A stretch of DNA of 64,000 nucleotides, from NCBI GenBank assembly GCA_050952625.1, contig JBMNLH010000001.1:896001-960000 (forward strand), in the 5' to 3' direction. Of this stretch, positions 21,455 through 30,819 are shown piece by piece; the first letter of the stretch is position 1, and every line of letters begins with the position of its first letter. The notes under the pieces were generated by a model. That model ran no database searches, was not told the DNA's origin, and worked only from the letters and a program-made list of their open reading frames with translations. Source of the stretch: Bacillota bacterium. GTDB taxonomy: Bacteria > Bacillota > Ch66 > Ch109. Both the position numbers and the translations under genes were made by a program.

Positions 21455-22339
21455 ATGCGTTACGAAGGAATGGTTTACCGTCCACCCAGTGAAGCGTATA
21501 GCTTGATTTTACAGGTTACGATTGGTTGTTCCCATAATAAATGTACTTTTTGCAGCATGTATAAGCAAAAAAAATACCGGGTTCGCGAACTGGCAGAAAT
21601 TGAAGCTGATGTTCGAATGGCCAAAATTCAGTACGGTGATGTAGAAAAAGTGTTTTTGGCCGATGGTGATGCCCTGGCCATGGAAACAGAGAGCCTGATT
21701 CAGATACTTGCTTTACTATATCGAACTTTTTCCAGCTTGAGGCACGTGGGTATCTATGCGAGTCCCGGCACTATTTTAAAAAAACAGCCTGACGAGTTGG
21801 CCGCTCTTTATCAGCAGGGCTTAACTATGGTGTACCTGGGAGTGGAGACTGGAGACCCTGCCTTATTACAAGACATTAAAAAAGGCGTGTCTGTTGAGGA
21901 TATGGCCATTGCCGGACAGATGATTGTTGATTCCAGTATACTGTTGTCCTGTACAATAATTTTGGGCTTAGCCGGCCAAGATTGGGACAGGGCAGAACGA
22001 CATGCCCGGGAGACCGCTAATCTGATTAACCGAATTAGTCCCCAGTATTTAGGAGCACTTACTTTAATGTTAGAACCGGGTACGATTCTATTTCGCCAAA
22101 TGCAGCGCGGCGAATTTCAACTCCCGACTTCCTTTGAAATATTGAAAGAGCTTAAGGTGTTAATAGAGAACTTAAATGTTCATCGGGCATGTATTTTTCG
22201 TAGTAATCATGCTTCGAACTATTTACCAATTAAAGGTACGTTGCCCAATGATAAGAAGGACATACTAAAATTAATCAATACAATTCTAGAAAGAAAAGAT
22301 GAGCGTTATCTTCGGCCTGACTTCTTGCGGGGTTTATAA
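21455..22339 (+). CDS. Radical SAM protein of unknown function
   Basis: YRPPSEA...GCSHNKCTFCSMY (CxxxCxxC), FLADGDAL, FRSNHASNY. Confidence 0.9.
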   Translation: MRYEGMVYRPPSEAYSLILQVTIGCSHNKCTFCSMYKQKKYRVRELAEIEADVRMAKIQYGDVEKVFLADGDALAMETESLIQILALLYRTFSSLRHVGIYASPGTILKKQPDELAALYQQGLTMVYLGVETGDPALLQDIKKGVSVEDMAIAGQMIVDSSILLSCTIILGLAGQDWDRAERHARETANLINRISPQYLGALTLMLEPGTILFRQMQRGEFQLPTSFEILKELKVLIENLNVHRACIFRSNHASNYLPIKGTLPNDKKDILKLINTILERKDERYLRPDFLRGL

Positions 22340-22359
22340 AGCCAATAGGGAGGAAAAAT

Positions 22360-23217
22360 ATGCCTAAAGTAAAGGTTATAACTGATAGTACAGCCGACTT
22401 GCCGCTGGAAGTGGTTAAGCGGTACGGGATAATTGTCTTACCGATGGTTACTAGCTTCTCGGGAATTGACTACCGTGATGGTGTTGATCTCAAGCCACCT
22501 GAATTTTATAAGTTATTGGCGGATTGTTCGGAGTTACCACATACCTCGCAGCATTCTCCCCAGTTTTTAGCTAAAGCTTATCAACAAGCTCTAGCGGACG
22601 GTTCAGAGGTGATCGCCCTTCATCTTTCTTCAGGTTTGAGCGGAACGGTACAAAACGCTCGTTTAGCCCAAGAAATGGTAAATGAAAAAACCCGGCTGGC
22701 TATCCTGGATTCACTTTCCGCTTCAATGGGTCAAGGTTTGCTGGCTACCAGGGCAGCCGAATTGGCTGAGAATGGGTTCTCGCTACAAGAGATTGTGACT
22801 GAGATAGAAATGATGCGACAGAAACTTTGCAGTATTTTCATGGTTGATACCCTTAAGTATTTGTTAAAAGGAGGCCGAATCAATAAGGTCCAAGCAACCG
22901 TGGGTTCCCTGCTGGATATAAAACCGGTACTCCATATTAATTCGGAGGGCAAAATTGATCAATTGGATAAGGTGCGAGGCCGGCGAGCGGCCTTAAGGCG
23001 GTTAAACTCCTTGATTGAAGAACAAGGAACTGATTTAGCCGGTCAGACAGTTGGGATTAGTCACGCTATCTGCCAGCTCGATGCGGAAAGAGTTAGAGAT
23101 ACTTTTAAGGAACGTTTTGGGGCGAAAGAGGTAATTATCGGTGAGATTGGTGCAGTTATTGGGACCCACGTTGGCCATGGAACCCTGGCTATTTTTTTTC
23201 AAGGTAAACCGAAATAA
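22360..23217 (+). CDS. DegV/FakB fatty-acid-binding protein
   Basis: ITDSTADL, TSQ, LSSGLSGT, KGGRI and IGTHVG motifs. Confidence 0.93.
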   Translation: MPKVKVITDSTADLPLEVVKRYGIIVLPMVTSFSGIDYRDGVDLKPPEFYKLLADCSELPHTSQHSPQFLAKAYQQALADGSEVIALHLSSGLSGTVQNARLAQEMVNEKTRLAILDSLSASMGQGLLATRAAELAENGFSLQEIVTEIEMMRQKLCSIFMVDTLKYLLKGGRINKVQATVGSLLDIKPVLHINSEGKIDQLDKVRGRRAALRRLNSLIEEQGTDLAGQTVGISHAICQLDAERVRDTFKERFGAKEVIIGEIGAVIGTHVGHGTLAIFFQGKPK

Positions 23218-23261
23218 ACCGGGCTTTATTGTTACAGTAATAGACGGTAGGGGGTAAAGTA

Positions 23262-23888
23262 ATGTGGCCGTTTGGCAGTAAAGATTATAAATTGTTTGAC
23301 CTTTTTGGAGCCAGTGCTAACGTTGTTGTCCGAGCCGGAGCCATAATCAAGGATGTGGTAGAAAATTACGATAATTTAGATGAACGGATGAACCAGTTGA
23401 CCAAACTGGAAGATGAGGGAGATCAAATTATTGAAGCCCTTGTGCAGAAACTGAATCAATCTTTTATCCTCCCCTTTGATCGGGAAGATGCATACGCTCT
23501 AGTTCAAAAACTTGATTCAATTCTAGATTATATTGCCGGAATTGTTGACCGGATAGTGCTCTATAAAGCTGCCCAGCCCAATCAAGTAGTGAGCAATATG
23601 GTTGAAGTGTTGGAAAAGGCCATTATACTACAGGAAAGGGCTTTTACGTATTTTTCAGACTTTGAACATAAGCGTAAGCAGATTATGGAATGCTGCGATC
23701 AAATCTCAAATCTTGAGAAACAGCAGGATATGCTCTACCGACAGGCAATGGCTGACTTATTTCAGGGAAAATATGATGCCATGACAGTAATAAAATGGAA
23801 GGAAATCTACGAACACATTGAAACAACACTGGATCGCTGTGAGGATGTTAGTAACCTGATTCGAGGTATTTGTATTAAATATTCTTAA
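23262..23888 (+). CDS. DUF47 / PhoU-like phosphate transport regulator
   Basis: LEDEGD...FILPFDRED...LDSILD and IKWKEIYEHIE...DRCEDV motifs. Confidence 0.88.
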   Translation: MWPFGSKDYKLFDLFGASANVVVRAGAIIKDVVENYDNLDERMNQLTKLEDEGDQIIEALVQKLNQSFILPFDREDAYALVQKLDSILDYIAGIVDRIVLYKAAQPNQVVSNMVEVLEKAIILQERAFTYFSDFEHKRKQIMECCDQISNLEKQQDMLYRQAMADLFQGKYDAMTVIKWKEIYEHIETTLDRCEDVSNLIRGICIKYS

Positions 23889-23900
23889 GATTGTAATAAA

Positions 23901-23929
23901 ACATAACCACTCCTGCGATAGGGAAAACT
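23901..23929 (+). promoter_or_regulatory. Sigma-F-type promoter
   Basis: ACATA-N15-GGGAAAACT; the -10 matches GGnnAnAnT exactly. Confidence 0.6.
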
Positions 23930-23950
23930 AAATTCAGAAAGGAGTGGTTG

Positions 23951-24256
23951 ATGATGATTCAAAAAGAAAATTCTAAAGTAGACAAGGAAGTTAATCCAGA
24001 CAATAGTCGATCTCGAGTGATTGGCTTGGATTCGAGTTGTTCAAGTAGTTATGAATTCTCAGAGGAGAGTAATTCACCTAGTTCAAGTTGTTCAAGCGAT
24101 ACTAGCGCGCAAGAGGCAAGTAGTCTATCTTGTTCAGTTTGTTCAAATAGTACGATTCCACAAGAACCTGGTAGCGCAGTTGCTGCTGAGGGTTTAAGCG
24201 AGACCGATGAAAATTCACCTAAAGAACTTGAGGAACATGACGAAAGCACCTGCTAG
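23951..24256 (+). CDS. Ser/Glu/Cys-rich acidic low-complexity protein
   Basis: RBS AAAGGAG, own promoter and terminator; repeated SSCSS motifs. Confidence 0.65.
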   Translation: MMIQKENSKVDKEVNPDNSRSRVIGLDSSCSSSYEFSEESNSPSSSCSSDTSAQEASSLSCSVCSNSTIPQEPGSAVAAEGLSETDENSPKELEEHDESTC

Positions 24257-24296
24257 AATTATTTTGTTATTATAAACATGTTGATCCAGTTAATTG

Positions 24297-24334
24297 ATAC
24301 CACTCGTTAATAGAATACGGGTGGTATTTTCTTT
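24297..24334 (+). terminator. Intrinsic terminator
   Basis: ATACCACTCGT...ACGGGTGGTAT followed by a T-rich tail. Confidence 0.7.
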
Positions 24335-24343
24335 AAGTTTTAT

Positions 24344-24485
24344 AAAAAAATCTCCCCAACTATTTGGGGAGAATAATGTGGAGGTTGGAAATTCATGGTT
24401 GACTGTAGGGGGAGAAGATTAACCTCATCAATCAAAACCAATAAGGATAAGGTTACAAAAAACATAAGCTTTACTAAGGCCTATA
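24344..24485 (-). ncRNA. Candidate sigma-G-dependent small RNA (~140 nt)
   Basis: Minus-strand GAATA-N18-CATACTC promoter (24490-24519), terminator TCTCCCCAA/TTGGGGAGA plus U7 (24344-24372), CU-rich motifs in between, and no RBS-led ORF. Confidence 0.5.
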
Positions 24486-24788
24486 AGATGAGTATGTTCT
24501 AATCCGAAGAATATTATTCTATCTCGCAACCGAAGATTTGTACTTTAATCTCTAGGTAATAGGGATGAAGCAGTCATCATTAAACGAAATCATGTTAGCT
24601 GCTAAGGTAGCTAGGTATTTTATTTTTCAAGAAATGACGGTTATTGAGTTTTGAAATTAGAAATCTAGCTTATCCAACTTCTGGTTGCAAAGGTTGATTA
24701 TCACCTGAAATACCGACAATTCCATAATGAAGGGTGGGTTGTTATTGACCTATAATTAAACTGAACCCATCTATATTAAGGAAGGAGG

Positions 24789-25586
24789 ATGAATCTCATC
24801 GGTATGAGTTTCCTAGTCGGTAAAAGATTCAGGTTTTTAGCATCAGTTTTAGTAGTTACTGTTCTAATGGTGATTAGTACGTCTGCCCCGGCATCAGCTT
24901 TAGTATCCTACATGGTTAAGTCTGGAGACAGCCTCTATAGGATTGGTCAAAAATACGGACTAACCAGCCAACAGCTTCAGCGAGTAAATAACTTGAGTTC
25001 TACCTTGATTTATCCTGGCCAGATTATTAAGATACCCACCATTTATCAGGTTAACCGAGGAGATAGTTGGTATTTGATTGCCCAAAAATTTGGCGTTTCG
25101 GTCAATCAACTCAAGTATGTAAATAATCGCTGGAACGATCTGATTTACCCAGGGGAGAAGCTGCTTATCCCGGTTGTTACTTCAAAGACAGTTGCTTCAA
25201 CAGCAACGCCTAGCCGTGGTCTTAACGGTTATTCTCGAGAGGACATTATTCTTTTAGCCAAATTGATCCGGGCCGAGGCTGGTGGAGAGCCCTACATAGG
25301 ACAAGTAGCGGTAGGGGCTGTCGTTTTAAATCGAGTCAGAGATTCAGAATTCCCTAATACAATTTCCGGAGTAATCTTCCAGCGACTAGCCTTTTCTTGT
25401 GTAGACGAAGGGACTATTTGGCAAAATCCCCTGACCACAAACTTAAACGCCGCTAATGATGCGTTGAAAGGCTGGGATCCAACTGAGGGGGCCCTTTACT
25501 TCTATAATCCGGACAAGCCATGTGCGGCTTGGATTTTTACTCGTCCAGTAATCAAGCGTATTGGTAACCATGTATTTGCCAAATAA
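24789..25586 (+). CDS. LysM x2 + Hydrolase_2 (SleB-like) cell-wall hydrolase
   Basis: Signal peptide, two LysM domains, LAKLIRAEAGGEPYIGQVAVGAVVLNR, GALYFYNP and IGNHVF. True start may be ATG 24804. Confidence 0.9.
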   Translation: MNLIGMSFLVGKRFRFLASVLVVTVLMVISTSAPASALVSYMVKSGDSLYRIGQKYGLTSQQLQRVNNLSSTLIYPGQIIKIPTIYQVNRGDSWYLIAQKFGVSVNQLKYVNNRWNDLIYPGEKLLIPVVTSKTVASTATPSRGLNGYSREDIILLAKLIRAEAGGEPYIGQVAVGAVVLNRVRDSEFPNTISGVIFQRLAFSCVDEGTIWQNPLTTNLNAANDALKGWDPTEGALYFYNPDKPCAAWIFTRPVIKRIGNHVFAK

Positions 25587-25855
25587 ATCTTAAACACAAG
25601 AAAATTAATTACACAAGAAAAACCTTTAGTAAAGTTTTTCTACAGTATGCTCTAATCCGACCCCGGACGGTTGTACCTATGGGGTCTTGTTTTATTGTTT
25701 CTTAAAATATTTTATGTTTTGTATTTATTGCCATATAATAAGAAAAAAATTGTGAGAATTCATAAAGGCCTTTTCGGGTGTGTTTTTCCTTTCTTGCCGG
25801 GAAAGATTATTAAGGATATAATCACTATGGATACAATGTGTAGGAGTGATTCTAG

Positions 25856-27193
25856 ATGTTGGAGTATCAACCCAGGTTATATCAGGTCCTAACTTATGGC
25901 TGTCAAGCTAATGAGCGTGATTCTGAAACCATCGCTGGTCTACTGAACAGTCGCGGTTATGAACCGGCGTCAAATATCGATGAAGCTGATGTTATCATTA
26001 TTAATACTTGCTGTGTTCGTCATACCGCGGAAAATAAGGTTTACGGAAAATTAGGTGAACTTAAGGTCTTAAAACGACAGAATCCCCAACTAATTATTGG
26101 AGTATGCGGCTGTATGGCGCAACAAAAAGAAGCAGCTGAAAAACTATATCGCCGGGCTCCTCATATCGATTTGCTTTTTGGAACGCACAACACGCATCGT
26201 CTACCCGAGCTACTGGAACGAACTTTAGCTACCGGCCGACCAGTGATGGACGTTTGGGAACGAGAGGGAGAAATAGTCGAAGAATTGCCAGTTCATCGGA
26301 ACCCAGGAATTCGGGCTTACGTTAATATTATGTATGGGTGCGATAATTTCTGCAGTTACTGTATTGTCCCCTACGTCAGGGGACGTGAACGGAGCCGCCG
26401 CTTAAAGGATATTTTGCGTGAAGTAGAAACAGCAGTCAATCAAGGTTATCGAGAAATTATGTTACTTGGACAGAATGTCAATTCCTACGGCAAGAGTTTA
26501 GCTGAGGAAGTTGATTTTGCAGACCTACTGACTGAAGTAGATCAACTACCGGGATTGGAACGTATTCGCTATATGACTTCTCACCCTAAAAACTTCTCTG
26601 ATAAAATAATTCGGGCCATTGCTGATTCCAAACATGTATGTGAACATTTTCATTTGCCAGTTCAGGCCGGGGGAAATCATGTATTACGGTGGATGAACCG
26701 GGGTTATACTCGCGAGGAATATAAAGAACTGATCAGACGTGTTCGAGAGGCATCTCCTAATTGCAGTATTACCACCGATATTATTGTCGGTTTTCCCCAA
26801 GAGACTGAGTCCTGTTTTGCTCATACTATGGAACTAATGGAATGGGCTAAGTTTGACGCAGCCTATACCTTTCTGTATTCTCCACGATCCGGGACACCAG
26901 CAGCAAAGATGCCGGATACTGTTCCACTGGAGGTCAAGAAAAGTCGGCTAAAAGAACTGATGAATCTACAAAACAAGATTAGTCTAATAATTAATCAAAA
27001 AACAATTGGCAAATCAATGGAGATTCTAGTTGAGGGGCCAAGTAAAACAAATCCATCCCGTCTTTCAGGACGAACAAGAACCAATAAAGTAGTGGTCTTT
27101 GATGGGCCTCCCGAAATTATTGGAGAACTAGTAAACATAGAAATAACGGAAGCTCAAACTTGGAACCTGCAAGGGCGTCTGTTAACCGGCTAA
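25856..27193 (+). CDS. miaB: tRNA-2-methylthio-N6-dimethylallyladenosine synthase
   Basis: TYGCQANERDSE, NTCCVR, GCMAQ, CDNFCSYC, TSHP and TRAM domain. Confidence 0.96.
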   Translation: MLEYQPRLYQVLTYGCQANERDSETIAGLLNSRGYEPASNIDEADVIIINTCCVRHTAENKVYGKLGELKVLKRQNPQLIIGVCGCMAQQKEAAEKLYRRAPHIDLLFGTHNTHRLPELLERTLATGRPVMDVWEREGEIVEELPVHRNPGIRAYVNIMYGCDNFCSYCIVPYVRGRERSRRLKDILREVETAVNQGYREIMLLGQNVNSYGKSLAEEVDFADLLTEVDQLPGLERIRYMTSHPKNFSDKIIRAIADSKHVCEHFHLPVQAGGNHVLRWMNRGYTREEYKELIRRVREASPNCSITTDIIVGFPQETESCFAHTMELMEWAKFDAAYTFLYSPRSGTPAAKMPDTVPLEVKKSRLKELMNLQNKISLIINQKTIGKSMEILVEGPSKTNPSRLSGRTRTNKVVVFDGPPEIIGELVNIEITEAQTWNLQGRLLTG

Positions 27194-27209
27194 AAGAGTT
27201 GTCCACATT

Positions 27210-27240
27210 AGAACCGTAGTTGGGGAAACGGTTCTTTTTT
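27210..27240 (+). terminator. Intrinsic terminator after miaB
   Basis: AGAACCGT...ACGGTTCT followed by a T run. Confidence 0.7.
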
Positions 27241-27317
27241 ATATTCCTGAATTTGGTTACGTTTAAGTAATGCGCAGGAATATTATAACTATAAGCGAAA
27301 CTAATAGTTAGAAGGGA

Positions 27318-27554
27318 GTGATTACCATATCGGAATTGCGACGTGACCCGATAACCAACCGGTGGGTAGTTATTGCGGCTGAAAGAGGCAAAAGGCCTCA
27401 GGCACTGCCTGAGAAGAAAGAAGGACTATTAGGAGTGGAGCAGCAGTGTCCTTTCTGTCCCGGTAGCGAGGATGTCACTACTTCGCCGGATTTGAATGGG
27501 GCTCTAATTTCTACGTCAACCCAGTTTCGCCTGAACAAGCTGCTGAACAGTTAA
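27318..27554 (+). pseudogene. galT: Truncated galactose-1-phosphate uridylyltransferase (N-terminal fragment)
   Basis: SELRRDPITNRWVVIAAERGKRP...CPFCPG is the GalT N-terminus. The ORF ends at 78 aa without the catalytic HPH motif, and the expected ATG reads ATA. Confidence 0.8.
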
Positions 27555-27614
27555 AAAAGGTTGAACTACCGGTTAGATAGAGTTTAATCATCAGCTTTAC
27601 TGCCACAAATTTTA

Positions 27615-28358
27615 CTAACAAATCGATACTGACGCCGGGAGTCGGCCTCTAAGGAAGTTTCGGGCCATGTCCACATGCTGTTCAGTTGGGGGAGAGATCT
27701 CGCTGAGTTGATAAGTTAACCCTAAGGCCTGCCACTTCGCTACTCCTAAATTATGGTAGGGCAAAACTTCCAGGCGTTGGACATTGGGCATGGTATTAAC
27801 TAGATCAGCCAGTGCGGTCAGGTCCTCTTGACTGTCCGTTAAACTAGGTACCAGGACATACCTAATCCACACCGGCTTATGAATTCGAGTCAGATAACGG
27901 GCTAACCGCAAGGGACGGTAATTGGCGTGTTCAGTTAAAAGTTGGTGTTTTAAAGGATCAGTATGCTTCACTGACAATAAAATCAAATCTGTGTCTTGTA
28001 ACAGTGTTATCACCTTTTCTACATCAGCATAGCCGCTGGTATCAAGGGCTGTGTGTACCTTTAGCTTGTGCAGTTTTTCAAAAAGTTCAGACAGAAATGC
28101 CGCTTGCAGCAGAGGTTCACCTCCAGAAGCAGTAACTCCGCCGCCGCTGGCAGTCATGTAGGGCAAATATTGTTGCACATCAGCAATTATTTCTTCGACC
28201 GTAACTTCCCGGCCATATCTCATTTGCCAAGTATCCGGGTTATGACAGTAGGCACAACGCAAGGGACACCCTTGCATAAACAGAACATAACGGATACCCG
28301 GTCCATCTAGTGTGCCAAAGCTTTCTATAGAATGCAGATAGCCCTTTCTGCTCATCAT
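27615..28358 (-). CDS. pflA: Pyruvate formate-lyase activating enzyme
   Basis: DGPGIR, CPLRCAYCHNPD, SGGEPLLQ and LPYH motifs. Confidence 0.95.
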   Translation of the reverse strand: MMSRKGYLHSIESFGTLDGPGIRYVLFMQGCPLRCAYCHNPDTWQMRYGREVTVEEIIADVQQYLPYMTASGGGVTASGGEPLLQAAFLSELFEKLHKLKVHTALDTSGYADVEKVITLLQDTDLILLSVKHTDPLKHQLLTEHANYRPLRLARYLTRIHKPVWIRYVLVPSLTDSQEDLTALADLVNTMPNVQRLEVLPYHNLGVAKWQALGLTYQLSEISPPTEQHVDMARNFLRGRLPASVSIC

Positions 28359-28433
28359 TTCCCCCTAGCGATGCAAGCAAAATTTAAAAAATTATGTTTT
28401 AAAACAAAAGCTAAGCAGTACGGTCAAGATGCA

Positions 28434-30668
28434 TTATAAAGTCGTGTGGAATGTCCGATTGATCACGTCCAACTGCTGTTCCCGTGATAGTTTAATAAAA
28501 TTGACCGCATAACCGGAAACCCGTATCGTTAACTGGGGGTATTTTTCCGGGTGGTCCATTGCTTCAAGTAAAGTCTCTCGTTCCAGAACATTCACGTTGA
28601 TATGGTGACCGCCTTGCGTAAAATAGCCGGTCAACAGGGAGACTAGGTTAGCGACTCGGTCAGCCGATTCTCGACCCAAGGCTTTAGGGACGATCGAGAA
28701 AGTATAGGAAATCCCGTCCAATGCGTAGCGGTAGGGTAGCTTAGCAACTGAGTTCATGGACGCTAGAGCACCGCGATGGTCTCGCCCATGCATCGGGTTA
28801 GCTCCAGGGGCAAACGGCTCTCCGGCTTTACGTCCGTCTGGTGTGGTACCGGTCTTTTTCCCATAAACAACATTTGAAGTAATCGTTAAGATGGAAAGAG
28901 TATGCTCAGAGTTGCGGTAAGCCGGAGTTTTTTTCAATTTAGTCATAAACGATCGGACTATGTCTGCGGCTATTTCATCTACCCGGGGATCATTATTGCC
29001 AAAGGTGGGAAAATCCCCTTCAATCTCAAAATCAGTGGCTAGCCCGGCCGGATTTCGGATAACCTTAACTTTAGCGTATTTAACCGCGGACAGCGAATCA
29101 GCAACCACTGATAGGCCAGCGATGCCGAAAGCCATGGTTCGAAAAATGATGGGGTCATGCAGGGCGAATTCCAATCGTTCCGGAGCATATTTATCGTGCA
29201 TATAGTGAATAACATTCATGGTGTTGACGTAAAGCCGAGCCAGCCAGTCCAAGATCAGCTCGAATGCCTCTCGCAACTCATTATATTCCAGAATATCACT
29301 GGTAATCGGCCGAAACCCGAGAGCCACTGGCAGTTCTAATTTTTCATCTACTCCGCCATTGATAGCGTATAGCAGAGCCTTAGCCAAGTTTACCCTAGCC
29401 CCAAAGAACTGCATTTGCTTACCCAACTTCATCGCGGACACACAGCAGGCAATGGCATAGTCATCACCCCAGTAAGGCCGCATTAAGTCATCGTTTTCAT
29501 ATTGCAGAGAACTTGACTCAATGGTTACTTGAGCACAATATTCTTTAAAAGGTTGAGGCAAATTTTTTGACCAAAGGATCGTCATGTTTGGTTCCGGGGC
29601 CGGCCCAAGATTAGACAGAGTGTGCAAAAAACGATAAGAGGTTTTAGTGACTAGAGTTCGGCCATCTACCCCCATCCCGCCAATTGATTCCGTGGTCCAG
29701 ACCGGGTCACCGCTGAATAATTCATCATAACTTGGCGAGCGCAAGAAACGGATCATCCGCAGTTTAATAACCAATTGATCAATTAGTTCTTGGGCTGCTT
29801 CTTCGGTTAATAGACCTTTTTGCAGATCCCGTTCCAGGTAAATATCCAAGAAGGTCGAAACGCGACCTAGGCTCATCGCGGCTCCGTTCTGTTCCTTAAC
29901 CACTCCTAAATAAGCTAAATATGTCCATTGGACTGCCTCCCGGGCATTGCTGGCCGGTTTGGAAATATCAAAACCATAGGCCTCAGCCATTTGTTTTAAC
30001 TGTTTTAAGGCCTTGATCTGGTCAGCGATCTCTTCGCGCAGTCGGATAATTTCTTCGTTCATTACATCGACGGCTAGGGATCCTTGATACTGAACCCGAT
30101 CAGCAATTAAAACATCGACCCCGTAAAGGGCGACACGGCGGTAGTCGCCGATAATTCGACCTCGACCGTAGGCATCAGGAAGCCCTGTAATGATACCAGC
30201 CTTGCGGGCTCGCCTCATTTCTGTGGTATAAACATCAAAAACAGCATCATTATGTGTTTTTCGATATTGCGTAAAGATGCGTTCAATTTCCGGGTCAAGC
30301 TCCCGACCATAGGCTTCCAGCGAGGCTTTAACAGTACGCACACCACCACTGGGCATGATCGCTCGTTTCAGCGGCTTATCAGTTTGTAAGCCAAAGATGA
30401 GTTCCAGATCCCGGTCAATATAGCCTGGGGAGTGCGAAGTAAGCGAAGAAACTACGTCAGTATCCATATCTAATACACCACCGGCCTGACGCTCCTCTTT
30501 TATTAAATCTGTTACTTTACCCCATAACTTAAGAGTACGTTCGGTCGCCGGTTTTAAAAAGTCGGCTGTTCCCACGTAGGGGGTATAATTACATTGAATA
30601 AAATTCCGGACATCTATTTCCTGCTGCCAGGCTCCGGATTGAAATCCTTGCCATTCCGTATAGTTCAT
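28434..30668 (-). CDS. pflB: Formate C-acetyltransferase (pyruvate formate-lyase)
   Basis: [23 protein letters not shown] catalytic Cys pair, glycyl-radical motif IRVSGYAV. Confidence 0.98.
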   Translation of the reverse strand: MNYTEWQGFQSGAWQQEIDVRNFIQCNYTPYVGTADFLKPATERTLKLWGKVTDLIKEERQAGGVLDMDTDVVSSLTSHSPGYIDRDLELIFGLQTDKPLKRAIMPSGGVRTVKASLEAYGRELDPEIERIFTQYRKTHNDAVFDVYTTEMRRARKAGIITGLPDAYGRGRIIGDYRRVALYGVDVLIADRVQYQGSLAVDVMNEEIIRLREEIADQIKALKQLKQMAEAYGFDISKPASNAREAVQWTYLAYLGVVKEQNGAAMSLGRVSTFLDIYLERDLQKGLLTEEAAQELIDQLVIKLRMIRFLRSPSYDELFSGDPVWTTESIGGMGVDGRTLVTKTSYRFLHTLSNLGPAPEPNMTILWSKNLPQPFKEYCAQVTIESSSLQYENDDLMRPYWGDDYAIACCVSAMKLGKQMQFFGARVNLAKALLYAINGGVDEKLELPVALGFRPITSDILEYNELREAFELILDWLARLYVNTMNVIHYMHDKYAPERLEFALHDPIIFRTMAFGIAGLSVVADSLSAVKYAKVKVIRNPAGLATDFEIEGDFPTFGNNDPRVDEIAADIVRSFMTKLKKTPAYRNSEHTLSILTITSNVVYGKKTGTTPDGRKAGEPFAPGANPMHGRDHRGALASMNSVAKLPYRYALDGISYTFSIVPKALGRESADRVANLVSLLTGYFTQGGHHINVNVLERETLLEAMDHPEKYPQLTIRVSGYAVNFIKLSREQQLDVINRTFHTTL

Positions 30669-30819
30669 TATGCGCCTTGCCACCTCTCTATACTTAAAAC
30701 TGATATTAGTTTGCCCAAATACCCCTAGAAAATCAGGATGCGGTTGGACTTTCTTGGCTTAGGCTATTGCCTGTGTTAGAATTAGAAATATAAACCACGG
30801 GAACTAGATGGGGGCAATT

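Noticed and set aside
24520-24620. c-di-AMP (ydaO) riboswitch upstream of the LysM hydrolase
   Set aside because: Only TTAATC...TAGGGAT resembles the motif; the GCTGAATCC, GGAGGAACC and CCCG..CAGCTAACT elements are missing.
25671-25892. 73-aa ORF, representative of the many 60-120-aa overlapping or antisense ORFs in the track (e.g. 60158-60367, 45267-45488, 53438-53743)
   Set aside because: They overlap terminators, promoters or well-supported genes and lack RBSs and motifs.
30684-30807. ZTP (pfl) riboswitch or sigma-F/G promoter upstream of pflB
   Set aside because: No GACTGGCG...GTGG...CCAC / GCCTGGGC core. A GGGCAAACTA -10 is present but has no acceptable -35.
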